Shown here: positions 1 to 11,700 of the stretch, piece after piece
Position numbering within the stretch: the first letter of the stretch is position 1
How the letters are laid out: each line of letters starts with the position of its first letter
Source: Leidyana gryllorum EB-2025a
Taxonomy: Eukaryota; Protista; Apicomplexa
DNA length: 64,000 bases
Assembly (NCBI GenBank): GCA_048772705.1
Contig: JBLWGC010000213.1
Location: 62,001-126,000 of the forward strand
Reading direction: 5' to 3'
Notes under the pieces: model-generated
Seen by the model: only the letters and a program-made list of their open reading frames with translations
Database searches by the model: none
What the model was told of the DNA's origin: nothing
Made by a program: the position numbers and the translations under genes

Positions 1-2812
1 AGCCCGCCACACTCAATGACACCATCCAGCTGGTAGAACCGCTCCCGACGGGAAACACACCGTTATTGGACGGGGAGGCGATTGCGGCTGAGAAGGATTC
101 CGCTGCCATCAACTCGTCTACATGTGTCTCCAGCGAGCAATTGATGCCTCAATACGACGAACAGCAACTACCAAAGAGCCCTGAGCAGCACTCGCCCGAG
201 GAGACCTCCATCGAGGAAGTGGCAGATTCTTTACCTAAACCTGAACCCGAACCCGAACAGTCGTCCCACCCTTCGCCTAAACAGGTGGAGATAGAAGAGC
301 GGCGCGAGGCGTTTTGCGCTGAACAGCCACCCCCACCACCACCACCACTGCTCAAGGATGAAAGTGTGGAGCAACCTGAGAACACTTCCTCTTCGGAGGG
401 AGACAAACACACAATAGAACCGGAGGTGTTGAGCAAACCTGTTGACCAGGGCGCCGAACCTGAAAGCTTGGGCTCGATGGACCCGGTGGAGGAGGCGCCC
501 TCCGAGCCCACCGCTGTTGAGATGGACGAGGAAGAGGAAGAAGGTGCTGTTTTGAAAGCTGAGGAAGCCGCCGCTGAGAAAGCCGCTGAGAACGAGTTGA
601 TTGGGTGTACAACGCGAATGGAAGAGAAGAAGGAGCCAGAGTAAGTCTTGTGTCTGCGTCTGCGTATGTGTTGGTGTTGTCCACTGAGAACTGAATAGTC
701 CCTTGGCCGCCTCCACTCCCTTGGCCGGCTCCACGTCTTTGATAATCATCTTTTCCCCTGTCGTGCAGTAACCTCCCGACGTTCGAGACACCCGAGGCGG
801 CTGTGGAGTCTTTGCCCAAGTTGGCTCCCGAGCGAATTGATGAGGAGTCGTCAGAAGTCGAGACGCTCGATCAGGCGTCTCGCCGACCTAACAAGAGAGC
901 CAGACGTGAGAGTGGGGATTCCTTGCCGTCTATGCGGCCTCGGAAGGAGTCGAGACGGCCCTCAACTCGAGATGACGACACGGAACCGGAGCAGCACACC
1001 AAGACGAAACGTCGAAAGACTCTGCCAGTGCGGCAACACTCGTCGTTGGCGAGTAATGCGGAAGCCGATTCCATCACCGAAATGTAAGCCATCTATTCCG
1101 GCAACGTGGACAATAAAAGTTTAGGTCTTTGGATGCCGTTCCTGATGGATGGAAGCAGCCGTTGTTGTACTTTGTGGAAGGTCGGCCCTACGATTACAGC
1201 AAGAACAAATGGGTTCACGAGTTGGAGGCGGAAGAAAACTCCCAATCGCAGTCGAGTCACAAATCGAATGACCGACGAAACATTCGGTGGTTGCGTTTGG
1301 GAGACTTGTTGATCAAAACGGGGGCCATTTATTTGTCACCGAATGACACCGGAGCCCCCGACACTCCCAACCACGCCGAGGGTCCGACGGCGATCATCCG
1401 CGATCTGTGCGCTCTGGTGCAGGGTGGCGCGAGTGACCCGGTACCTCTGCATCTTGGGGCCTATACGGCCTTAGGACGGGCCAATGCGAGGGATCATATT
1501 AACCTGAGAGCCACGAAATGGGACAGTGGAATCGGGGTCACAAGGGTACTCAAAGCTGGCAATGAGAAGGAAGTGGTGCAGCTGCTGCCCCTCGACCTCA
1601 TAGCCTCGTGTCTCGCGAGCAATTTGCGAGCAATGTTGGCCCATTCAGAGTAAGCCTGCCTTCGTGTGTTCCGCTCACTCAACAACGAGCGGTCGCTGCA
1701 GTTTGTTTCCTGCCCACCTTTTTGCGAGTCCAATGCACTTGTTGCAATTCGGGCCTTCGATTGCCATCCATTTGGCAGTCGCTAATCGGTCACGCCAATT
1801 GGCGGAACTCATTCGAAGTTTCGTTGACTCTGAAACAAAAGCAAAACTCAATGAATTGGAAGATTCGTACAATAAAGGAGTCGGGGGGACTCGGTTAGCC
1901 GGCGGAAGGCGACGCATGGCCAACAAGGCCAAAGAGCACACAGGTTTGCGAACGTATCTCATGTCTAACAGTGATCGACGCGATCTCGAGGAGATAGTGG
2001 ACTCGTAAGTCTCAGTCTGTCTTTCTCAAAATTGGCAATCGGCGCCAAATCAGACTTGAACACGCACTGCTGAAGCTCCGAAACCTTGCGTTGACGGACA
2101 CTCAAATGTACCCGGCGGAATTCGAGGGAAAAGAATTCGAAGAAGGAGCTTTGGTATTCCAAAGTAAGTCGTCAAAGACAAAGACGGGGCGGCGACTTGT
2201 CACCACACCACTCGCAGATCTGGAAGTTCCGCTCTTGTCCATGTCATCGGCGGCAATGCGCACCAAAGTGTACGAGTATTACGGGCTGCAGCCCTGTATC
2301 ATAGATTTGTGGGAGGACGCACTGCCCGGGAAGGCTCTCAAAGAGGTCCTGAAGCACTCTGTCAAGGAGGACGAGCGGTGGTTGATGAATGGTTCGCGCC
2401 GAGTCTTGTTGGACTTTACTCTCTCCGAGGCTCAGGAGGAGTGGATACTAAGACGAGGCCGGGGGGAGGTCGACCTCGCAGTCCCGATGCCCGAGAGCGG
2501 CCCAGGTGCACGTTTGATTCGTCACCTCATACACCACCCGACTGAGGATGTCTCCGAGACCGCCCACAATTGTGTCCTGGAGGTTGCGCTCGCAGATCAC
2601 CCGACGAAACAGGGCGAAGAGTACACGGCCATCGTGTCTCTGAGAACAGTGAAGAGAGTCAATAGGTGAGAGGGACCAATTGGGCGAGTGTTCCACATAT
2701 CTGTGTCCTCAGCAATGAGAAACTCGTCCTTGATGGTGGACACAATCTAGTTAGATGGGAGGATCTGGCGAACGACGAGTCTGATAGTGATAGCACCTCT
2801 TCCCAGACTTGA
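1..2812 (+). CDS. Multi-exon hypothetical protein (probably 5'-partial); acidic/Pro-rich N-terminal half, globular C-terminal half
   Basis: Successive + strand ORFs (66-644, 803-1087, 1129-1653, 1664-2008, 2091-2669) each end at a GTAAG/GTGAG donor (~641, 1084, 1650, 2005, 2666) followed by a short intron. The last exon, after the cctcag acceptor at 2712, reads ...SNEKLVLDGGHNLVRWEDLANDESDSDSTSSQT* with the stop at 2810-2812. No family recognised. Confidence 0.6.
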
Positions 2813-2953
2813 CCAATGATATACATTTCAGATTGGTGATGGAATGTCGCGCGCTGAGTTGGAAAATTGATAAAGACAGACGGCCACTGCCAACAACTTA
2901 GTGATATATTGTGCGGGGTGGGGTTCTTTGATCGATCCACTGTTGTTGCCAAG

Positions 2954-3842
2954 ATGCCGGACGGATCTGCTACCACTGTCGGGTTCATTGGCTTTGCACC
3001 AATGGCCCAGGCACTGCTCGCGGGAATGATGGGTAAAGGACTTATCGAGCCTGGCCAAGCGTGGGTCTCAGACTCTCAAGCGGACTTGAGCAACATCAGC
3101 TGGCTATCATCCTATAAAGTGTGCACGACATCTGATGTCATGGAGGTCGTCACCCATGCGAATGTCCTCTTCTTATCCATCGATTCTGCATGTGTACTGA
3201 ATGACGTCCTTCAATCCTTGAAACGCAACCCACAACCGCTCAATGGGAAGCTATTGGTCTCCATGATCAGCGGCTTTGATCTACCGACGCTATGCAAATT
3301 GGACCTCGGCACTCATCGAATAGTGCGCATCATGCCCAACCTGCCAACACTCTTCGCAAATGGATGCATCGCTCTTTGTGCCGCACCCGACCTTCCCACC
3401 CACGACATTGACCTCTGCAAGAAACTCTTACGTCCAGTCGGGAAGGTGTGGAACATTCCCGAAAAGCGAATGAACATATGGACTGCCTGTGCCGGTGCGG
3501 TCTCTACATATGTCGGGATGCTCCTGGAGGCGTTAGCTGACGCAGCGGTCGCTGGAGGTCTGCCTCGTCAGACCGCCGATGAAGCAGCCTGCCAACTTGT
3601 TCTTGGCTCAGCCAAAATGGCGGCAGACTCTGGCAAACATATTGGCGACCTCCGGAATAGTGTCTGCTCGCCTAATGGAGTAACAATAGCCGGAGTGCAG
3701 TGTCTGCAAGAACAAGCTTTCATGGGCAAAGGTAAGATATCAAAGAACTATCCTCAATCTCATTTGAGCTGCAGTTATGAGTGCTATATCGTGTGCTAGA
3801 GACCAATATGATCAGATCGAGCAAACTCAGCGGAAAAATTAA
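2954..3842 (+). CDS. PYCR: Pyrroline-5-carboxylate reductase (P5CR)-like protein, 2 exons
   Basis: N-terminal Rossmann-like VGFIG..MAQALLAG, RIMPNLP, LLEALADAAVAGGLPRQTA, GSAKMAADSGKHIGDLRNSVCSPNGVTIAG. A 43-nt intron at 3732-3774 gives the C-terminus KVMSAISCARDQYDQIEQTQRKN*. Confidence 0.9.
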
Positions 3843-4796
3843 GATCTGAGCAAAATGCTGTGATGTCACCTTTTTGAGGTGGAAAACGGCACTCGAATTG
3901 TAGATTGACCGAATTGTGAAAAAGCGCTTCCCAGATTTGTTGGGACGGGGGCGAGCCCAGCGAGAGGCGCAGCTGCCACTCTGAGAGCGATATGTTCGAT
4001 GGCCACAATGTATTTTCTCTGTACTGATCAGCAGCTGGTGCCTAGGTGAACACTTGTTGATTTACAGGCCGATTTGTGACGAGCTGCGACGACACAGCTT
4101 TTGATGAGTGTGTGATTCAGGAAACGTGTGTGCCACTATGTAGGAGACGGGGTAATACAATGGATTCTTTGTCAATGGAGCGCAGTTGCGCGGGCGAAAC
4201 GACGGCTGCAGGAGTGCAGCTCTCGTTTCATGTTACGAATCGTCAGAAATCTCGATGCCTTTGTTCCATGTGATTCTGGAAGAAGGCTAATGATGGGTTT
4301 TGTCTACGTGTGTGGGAGTTTACACTCTATTTGGGATAGAGCAGAATCTAATCGGCCTATGTTAGTCGCTGTGCGTTTTGCTCACACCGGAATGGAAGTT
4401 CTGAAGGCGCTAGAACGAAATTTCGCAGCCACCGGATCTTGAGGCGGACATGTTGAGTATGCGAGGCAGATTGAGGGATTGCTCTGTCACCCCTGACTAA
4501 GTAATCCGAACGCGTCCCCAAAAGAGGGGATTGCGATAAATGATGCTTCCGGGACGGCTTAATCAATGACCTGTTTTAGAGGCGGTGAACCCAAGCAGCG
4601 CTGCAGCGATTGGATGCTTGTTGCCAGCCTCCATAGCGGCGATAGGCGTCCAGAAAGCGTTCCATAGCAGCTGCGTGGTGACGCGATCACATGCTGCCGG
4701 CTTGGAGACAAGAGTCATTTCATTATCTGCCTCTGGTTTGGACCGGTTCCGATTCTTCATTTCGGGTTCAGCAAAGTACGGGTATAATTTTCGGAG

Positions 4797-7694
4797 ATGC
4801 GCTTGGCCGTAGTCGGACGTAGTTTCGGAGGCCACTCAAAGTCAAAGTGTCTTGGGATTCTTTACAATGTCCTCTTCTCCAGCTCGCCGTTGACTCCGTC
4901 AGGAGAAGAGCTGAGTCTCAATACCGATGACGATTGGGAACGATTTTGCATCGAGACACTTCTGCAAGACCATTCTCAGGAAGCAACCGTTGATGCCCAA
5001 CGGGGTGACGAGAGTGCTTCGATCGAGCCTGAGCCCATCGTTGATTTCAACCTTTTGTCTGAATTAGAGGCTGTGGAGACCACTACTTCGGAGGCAGTGA
5101 TTGCTCCGAATTTTGATGAGGTCCACTCCGACGCACTACTCGATTTGCTGCCCCCGACCGACCACGGAGACTTTGAGAACCTCACAGAAGCCGAGAGCTC
5201 TATGCTTTCAATGACCATTGACCAAATTTGCGCCACGCTGGAGGATCCGTGTCTGGAGCAGCAGCAGGAGACTGAGACTGAGATGTTGATGAATCAACAG
5301 CAAGTTATTGTGCAGCAGGAGACTGAGACTGAGATGTTGATGAATCAACAGCAAGTTATTGTGCAGCAGGAGACTGAGACTGAGATGTTGATGAATCAAC
5401 AGCAAGTTATTGTGCAGCAGGAGACTGAGACTGAGATGTTGATGAATCAACAGCAAGTTATTGTGGAGCAGCAGCTTGAAGCTCCCTTTCATAATTTCGT
5501 TTTTACCACTCTTTCTGAGGACCAGACTTTACCACTGATCACTCTATCTGAGGACCAGACTTTACCACTGATCACTCTATCTGAGGGCCAAAGTTTACAG
5601 CTTATTCCCGAGACAGACATCTTCTTGACACACCAGGAAGATGGTGATCGAACCGGCCCAGGCACGAGTGCTGGTCACAGGTCCCCCGTGGAAACTGGGC
5701 GAACCACCTTTATTTTACCGCCTGAGCAGGGAGCAATTCTAATTACCCAACCCGTACCCACAAATGACACGTTGATGATCAGTGCCGGTGAGCCCACAGG
5801 TGCTGGCGGCGAAAAGGGCGGCGGGACGCTTATTTACCGGCCGCCTGATACCAGTGAATTTTCGGAGGACGGGCCCACCGCGGCAAAGAGACGTCTTTAC
5901 CTCTCCGATTTGGTGGATGATGGAGAAGAAGTGCATCGATCGCTGTTGTCGCCAGAGACAGCACAATACCATGGCCAGCCCGACGACGATCCGAGGGAAC
6001 GGAAGGTTCCTTACACTGCTGGGGCTCCACATATCTTGACACCGTATGAGGCTTTTCGCCAAAGGCTGCTCCTGAGAAGTCCGCGTTGTATACCTTTAGC
6101 CCGGCATGTGCTCTTGGAGGTGCTGTTGGATCCCTACATGAATTTTAAGAGGACTGCCGGGATAGCCGCAGAGCTGAAGGAACAGCTCACGGCGCTGGCC
6201 AGATCAACCCAGTCTATTCATAGCCGATGCACTGCTCTCGTGCAGTTGTTCCACCATCGCCCTCAGCTCCGTCCGTTGGCGTTCCACGCATGGTATTTTA
6301 TGAACTGCCTCCGCTCCATGCCAAAGTTGCAGCCCACCCGCTCTGACGGTGACGATGAGGTTGTGAGGTGCCGTTTGAAGGGCAAATATGTCTTTGGCGG
6401 TGAGCCCGACGGCCATGACGTGAACTTTCTGGAGGTCGTGAACGCAAGAAGACCACCGTTCAAGTGCTTGTTGGGTTTCAAGAAACCCAATTGGATGCTG
6501 CGACCCCAGATACAAGAATGGAACTATCGGGGGAATGTGCCATCACGAGATTTGGATAAGTGTGCGAAAATGATCGCGGAGGCGTCCTTGAGCGCGCCGC
6601 GAGCTCGCAGGAAAGAGGTGTTGCAACATGCTATCCCCAATATAGATTGGTCCCATACCCAGTTGGTCAAATACCCTCGACGCGCTCCTCTCGCGAAGGG
6701 GGAGGGATTCGATCCTCATCACTTCCAACACAGATGGTTCTGTGACTTCATTGGTGGTTTTTGTCGGGACCCGAGTAATGTCTCATTGACACCGGACGAC
6801 CGGCAGCTCTTAGAATTTCTCTTCGGCTCTCCACTCACGGTTACAGCAACGGAACTGGTGAAAGTGGTGGGGAAGGACTTTTGGACCCACCCAGAGAAGG
6901 ATCCGGCGGATCATGAGTACCTCAACGTGTATGGCCTGCCAGTATCAAACGCCAGGCTGCAAACTGACGGCGATTGGCGCATAACTCTTCTCGCTCAGGA
7001 CCTCGAGTTTTGGGATGCGGAGGTCAGCACAATATTTAATCAGCCAATGGAAACTTTACTGGGCGACCGCTGGAACCAAACGGATGACCCGGGCCGAGCC
7101 TTCCGCAACGAACTCTTGCGACTGTCAAAAATATACCCAAACAAAGCAAAGTTGTTCTGGCATTCAGTGCACGATCTGCTGGATACCATCGACCTGATCG
7201 TCTCAAGCAGCTATAACGGCATGTGGGACATCTGGCGAACTTTGGAAGAGTTTCCTGATCTGTACTCTCTGGGACCGTATCTTTACAAGTGGATGAATTT
7301 GGTTCTTCTCGAGGTGGGCTGCGCTGGACTGTTTAATGAAACTACCTGCGACCATATCTATTCCTGGACTGAAAACACCATGAATGTTAAGGTTTGGAGA
7401 CTCAGGTACGCAATTCGAAAGCATATTACAAATCGCAGTATGCTGTTCGGGTTCTATGTCAAAAATCCCACGTCCTACGCTGTTCTGCGCCCCGAGAGTT
7501 CTCAGACCACCGTCAAGAAGGCATTGGAGGATATCTGGGCGTGGCAAAATCTGACCGAGGCCATGCAAGTCTTGGTGCCATTCATCAATTGGTCGAAGAA
7601 GGGTAAACCCGCTTCAGACGCCCAGCCTGACTCTGTCGTCTGTGCGGATACAGCCTCAACGTCATCCGCAACCCTCCCAACACCATTCGGCTGA
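4797..7694 (+). CDS. Unknown tandem-array family, member 1 (965 aa; most divergent, lacks the third domain repeat)
   Basis: Long ORF sharing motifs with the four downstream ORFs: PQLRPLAFHAWYFMN, VNFLEV, LQHAIPNIDW, HFQHRWFCDF, SPLTV, NVYGLPV, FRNELLRL, LGPYLYKW, VLVPFINW. Confidence 0.85.
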   Translation: MRLAVVGRSFGGHSKSKCLGILYNVLFSSSPLTPSGEELSLNTDDDWERFCIETLLQDHSQEATVDAQRGDESASIEPEPIVDFNLLSELEAVETTTSEAVIAPNFDEVHSDALLDLLPPTDHGDFENLTEAESSMLSMTIDQICATLEDPCLEQQQETETEMLMNQQQVIVQQETETEMLMNQQQVIVQQETETEMLMNQQQVIVQQETETEMLMNQQQVIVEQQLEAPFHNFVFTTLSEDQTLPLITLSEDQTLPLITLSEGQSLQLIPETDIFLTHQEDGDRTGPGTSAGHRSPVETGRTTFILPPEQGAILITQPVPTNDTLMISAGEPTGAGGEKGGGTLIYRPPDTSEFSEDGPTAAKRRLYLSDLVDDGEEVHRSLLSPETAQYHGQPDDDPRERKVPYTAGAPHILTPYEAFRQRLLLRSPRCIPLARHVLLEVLLDPYMNFKRTAGIAAELKEQLTALARSTQSIHSRCTALVQLFHHRPQLRPLAFHAWYFMNCLRSMPKLQPTRSDGDDEVVRCRLKGKYVFGGEPDGHDVNFLEVVNARRPPFKCLLGFKKPNWMLRPQIQEWNYRGNVPSRDLDKCAKMIAEASLSAPRARRKEVLQHAIPNIDWSHTQLVKYPRRAPLAKGEGFDPHHFQHRWFCDFIGGFCRDPSNVSLTPDDRQLLEFLFGSPLTVTATELVKVVGKDFWTHPEKDPADHEYLNVYGLPVSNARLQTDGDWRITLLAQDLEFWDAEVSTIFNQPMETLLGDRWNQTDDPGRAFRNELLRLSKIYPNKAKLFWHSVHDLLDTIDLIVSSSYNGMWDIWRTLEEFPDLYSLGPYLYKWMNLVLLEVGCAGLFNETTCDHIYSWTENTMNVKVWRLRYAIRKHITNRSMLFGFYVKNPTSYAVLRPESSQTTVKKALEDIWAWQNLTEAMQVLVPFINWSKKGKPASDAQPDSVVCADTASTSSATLPTPFG
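5261..5464 (+). repeat. Coding tandem repeat, 4 x 51 bp (QQETETEMLMNQQQVIV)
   Basis: Four identical copies of gcagcaggagactgagactgagatgttgatgaatcaacagcaagttattgt. Confidence 0.95.
5508..5586 (+). repeat. Coding tandem repeat, ~2.4 x 33 bp (TLSEDQTLPLI)
   Basis: actctWtctgaggaccagactttaccactgatc occurs twice, plus a partial third copy. Confidence 0.85.
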
Positions 7695-8756
7695 GAAATC
7701 GGTCCATCGCTCCAGTCAGGCGCCGACTAATCATCTGAGCTGCGAAAACTGTGCACCGCCACGCCTCGCTAGGCCAACGCCCCGAACCTCGAGTCAACCA
7801 GCTCACTTCCTCTCTTAGTCCTATCACACTTCTGACATTCTCCAAAGCACCAGTGATGCAGTGCTGCCAATTCAATAATGGGGAAAAGACTTTTTTCACG
7901 CTAACCGCCAACGATCCGGTCTTGCTACAGCACCACATCCGTTCCGTACAGGGCGGATCTGACATGGATCACCATCACGGCAGCCACAAAGGGAAATCTC
8001 TGACTGATCAATGAGAAGGATGTCCAAAGCCAAAAAGAGGTGTAACTCGACTCTGATGATACGTCTGCCAGTTTGTTAGAGTATCTTAGATCAAAGTTGA
8101 AGGTTGTCATAGGTGTAAACATTCCCTTCCAGCTAAGATGGGGAGACCGCGAATGCCGAACACACGTGTGTGCTCGGCAGCACGAAGTGTGCTGATCGAC
8201 CCTTAGGTCCAATTATGGCCAGAAGCGAGTTGAGGAACACTGCGCGCGGGCCCCCAATGAGATGTATATACATCTGTTAGCATCTATGTAGTTTGAAGAA
8301 GAGGTAGAAGACGATCGACCAGCACAACCCGGCCACTAATTTCCTTTCAATCTGAAAATGGAGGACACAAGGCTGGAGTAGGACCTCAATTGTAGTGCTT
8401 TACTCTTTCTAAGAAGTCTGGGATGGTACCGTACGGCCAATCATGATGGCAGAAAATGTGAATTGTCAAGCACTTGTTTTTGCGCTGTCAAAGATTGTCA
8501 ACACGGATTCCACGTTGGCCTACTCCTGCTACATACATGATTTGCCTCGAGTCATGAACAAAGCAGCTCCGAACTCCTCCACTGTACTCAAAAGTTTACA
8601 CTTGATATTCATCGCCATCTTTTGCCCAGGCGCATCGCTGTGGGAATAAGTTTGTGCATTTGGGCGCTCTGTCCGGCCTTCCGGGGCATGCGACCGTCTG
8701 TGATACTATGCGAGGGTAATACAACAATACGAGGCTCACATCTTTTTTCGGATTTC

Positions 8757-11700
8757 ATGAAACCGTTGGTCCGGTTACCACACAGCGGGGACCAACGACT
8801 GCGTTTGACTGCTCTCACCAACGCAGTGCTATGCAGCAATATACCGTCAGTTGGCACTCATTCAGGAGACGGCCACACCGACCCGAATTTGTGGAGTACG
8901 GCCGACCCGGCAGAGTTTGGCCACAACGCGGCTCCACCAACGGTCGACTACACAGGAACTGCCACTCAATGGGTCACTGCTCCGCAGAATGTACCGCTTG
9001 CCGATCAATGGCAACAGGTGACAACGGTCGCCCCCAATCAATGGAGTTCACAAAACGGCAGTTTTGAGGAACCCGCGACGAAACCCGCTCCCTATGGCCT
9101 CTCTGACGTCCCCGTTGATCACAGTGATATCGATCTGGATTGGGTGATGCAACAGGTGGATGAATGTCTGAGACAGCGCTTCCCAGACGGGTCAGTGACA
9201 CCGATTCTGGATGAGCTCATTCCGGCAGTGGTAACTGCCCCCGCCACCACTGTGATAGAAAAAGCGGTGGGCACTCAGTCTGTGCATTGGGGCCCGCAAC
9301 AAGAAGCGGTGGGCACTCAGTCTGTGCATTGGGGTCCGCAACAAGGAGCGGTGGGCACTCAGTCTGTGCATTGGGGCCCCCAACAAGGAGCGGTGGGCAC
9401 TCAGTCTGTGCATTGGGGCCCTCAACAAGAAAACACTTTTGGGGCAATGAGAGGAGCTTCAGGGGTTGTGTGGGGAGATAAAGGGTACTCACCGCTTGGG
9501 GAGGTCGAGAAGTTACCTCCTTTCGGCAGTCTACAACGCCGCTCATACGTTACGCGAGATTGTCCGATGAATCCCGATGCGACTCTGGGGACTGTGCCAA
9601 CTGCACCGATCCCAAGTTACACTCAGACTGTTCCCCAAATGGCCGCGCCGACGCATCTGGCGGACAGCAGTTACTGGCCGACGCCAGATGTGGGAAACAT
9701 CGTTGGGGGATCCGACGTTCTGACGCAACGCGGAGGTGAAGACGTGATGAGGGCCGCAGGCTCTCAGGTGGCAACTGTCTCAAGTGCTTCAGAGGTTAGC
9801 CGGACCGAGGCAGTTCAACCTGTGCCCGCCGTCTGGAGCGCTTCGTCATCACAGGCCAGCGCCCCCTGTATGGTTCGACGAGGGGGCGAGAACAGTGGTG
9901 GCGAGACAATTGATACTCTGTTGACAAGTCGAGACCGAAGAACAGTAATGCACGATGGCGGCAGTGTGGGTGTGCCACGCAGAAGGAAGTCCAAATCACA
10001 GGTCTCAGGACGTATGGCCATCGGGTCCAGACTCCTCGCAGAAATGCTCGGCCCTTACATCACCGCGGAGAGAAGAGAAGTCGCTTTGCAAGTTGTAGAT
10101 GAATTGCTCCAATTGAGCGCATACACCGCTGTTGACAAACAGGTTGCAGCTCTGCACAGGCTATTTGACGCCAATCCTCACTATCGCCCGTTCGGATATC
10201 TCATGTGGTACTTTCTTAATCTACTGCGGCCGATATCCCACAGATTCAGAGTGGTAGAAGGCGATATCTATCTGAGAGGTAGACCTCTATCGAAGGTTCT
10301 GCGCGGTTTTGGTGCCTGGAAGGCCGGACGGGATGTCAAGTTCTTAGAAGTCTTCCAAAGCAACACTCGGTATCGGTGTTTGTTCGGAATGACATTCCGC
10401 GACGCGAATGTGTTACGCTGGGACGTTGAAGCCTTACCCGCCGGGTGCATAACGCCCACAGCCCAGTCGGAGATCGCCGAGCTCATCTGCAACGCTTCTC
10501 TACACGACTCTGAGGAGGTCCAGAAAACTGTGCTGAGGCACGTCCTCCCTTGTAGGGATTGGAGGGGTGTCCAACTGGTCAAGTTACCTCCAGGCACCAC
10601 CATGCGGGGCGAAGGAATTAATCCAACGAGTTTCCAGTATGAATGGTTCTGTCAATTCATAGATGATATCGTGCAAGCCATCCCGACCTCCCGAGAGGCA
10701 CGGCGGGGTGATGCAGTGCTCAAACAGCTTCTTCACTCCCCCCTGACGGTGAAGGCGGACGGCCTGGTGACACTTGTCAATGAAGACTTTTGGGTCGGGA
10801 AGTCCCCCGACACAGAAGAGGGGAGTAATGTATTGGGTCTCCCAGTTGACCGAGTCAAGAAGGTCGCTGACAACTCATGGGAGGTGACGATACGGAGGGA
10901 AGATTTGGTTTCTTGGAATCTGGATGTTGGGGCAAAGCTGCAGACGCCTATGAAAGCTTTGGTGGAAAGTCAAGCGACATTTCCGAGGGCTATCGCACCG
11001 CCATTCCGCGATGAGTTGTTGCGACTGGCCAAAACCCATCCAGTTCGCACCAAGATCTTCTGGTGTTACCTCGATCGGCTCATTACGACTTTGGAAGGCC
11101 GTATATCACAATCCGACATGTGGCAGCTGTGGTTGTCCATCCAACAGTATCCCGCACTGCAGCCCTTGGGGGGTCATTTGTACCAATGGTTAAGCACCTT
11201 CTTTTACGAACACCTGAAACCTTGGCAAACAGCCAGACACACCTGGAATGAGAATGGTTGGCTCAATGCAGTCTCCGTGGTCCACCTGGGGATCCTTCCA
11301 CCCTCCGGAACTCGACTGTCCGACTGTGTTGGAAAATACCTGTTATTTGGCCAAGCGATCTTCAAACCTGCTCTCCCGGATGCTGTTGCGCCTGCGCTCG
11401 AGGATGGAATCATCGGGCCCCGTCACACCTTGACAGCTGCATTACGCGATGTGCAGGACGGACGCATGTCATCGGGGGCATTGAAAGTATTGGTTCCGTT
11501 CATCGATTGGGAGGATGAAGTTAGATCAGAGGGTGTGGCGGATAGCACAGTTACGGCCTCAACCAGCGTCGGAAGCACACTCACAGAGAGCGAGACGCGC
11601 TCCACACCCTCAGAAACGCTGCCGAAAACTGGGATTGATGCTGCCTCGACACCTATTGCACTTCCACACGGCCCGCAAAGTCTGTTGGCATGTGGCAATA

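Noticed and set aside
3843-4796. Small ORFs or RNA genes in the ~1 kb spacers (also 7695-8756 and 25427-26397)
   Set aside because: I saw no recognisable protein motifs, tRNA cloverleaf or rRNA sequence. ncRNAs cannot be excluded without an Rfam scan.
8622-8756. Signal-peptide-like N-terminus MPRRIAVGISLCIWALCPAFRG on member 2
   Set aside because: It depends on a TTG start from the ORF caller and has no counterpart in the paralogs, which begin at MKPL.
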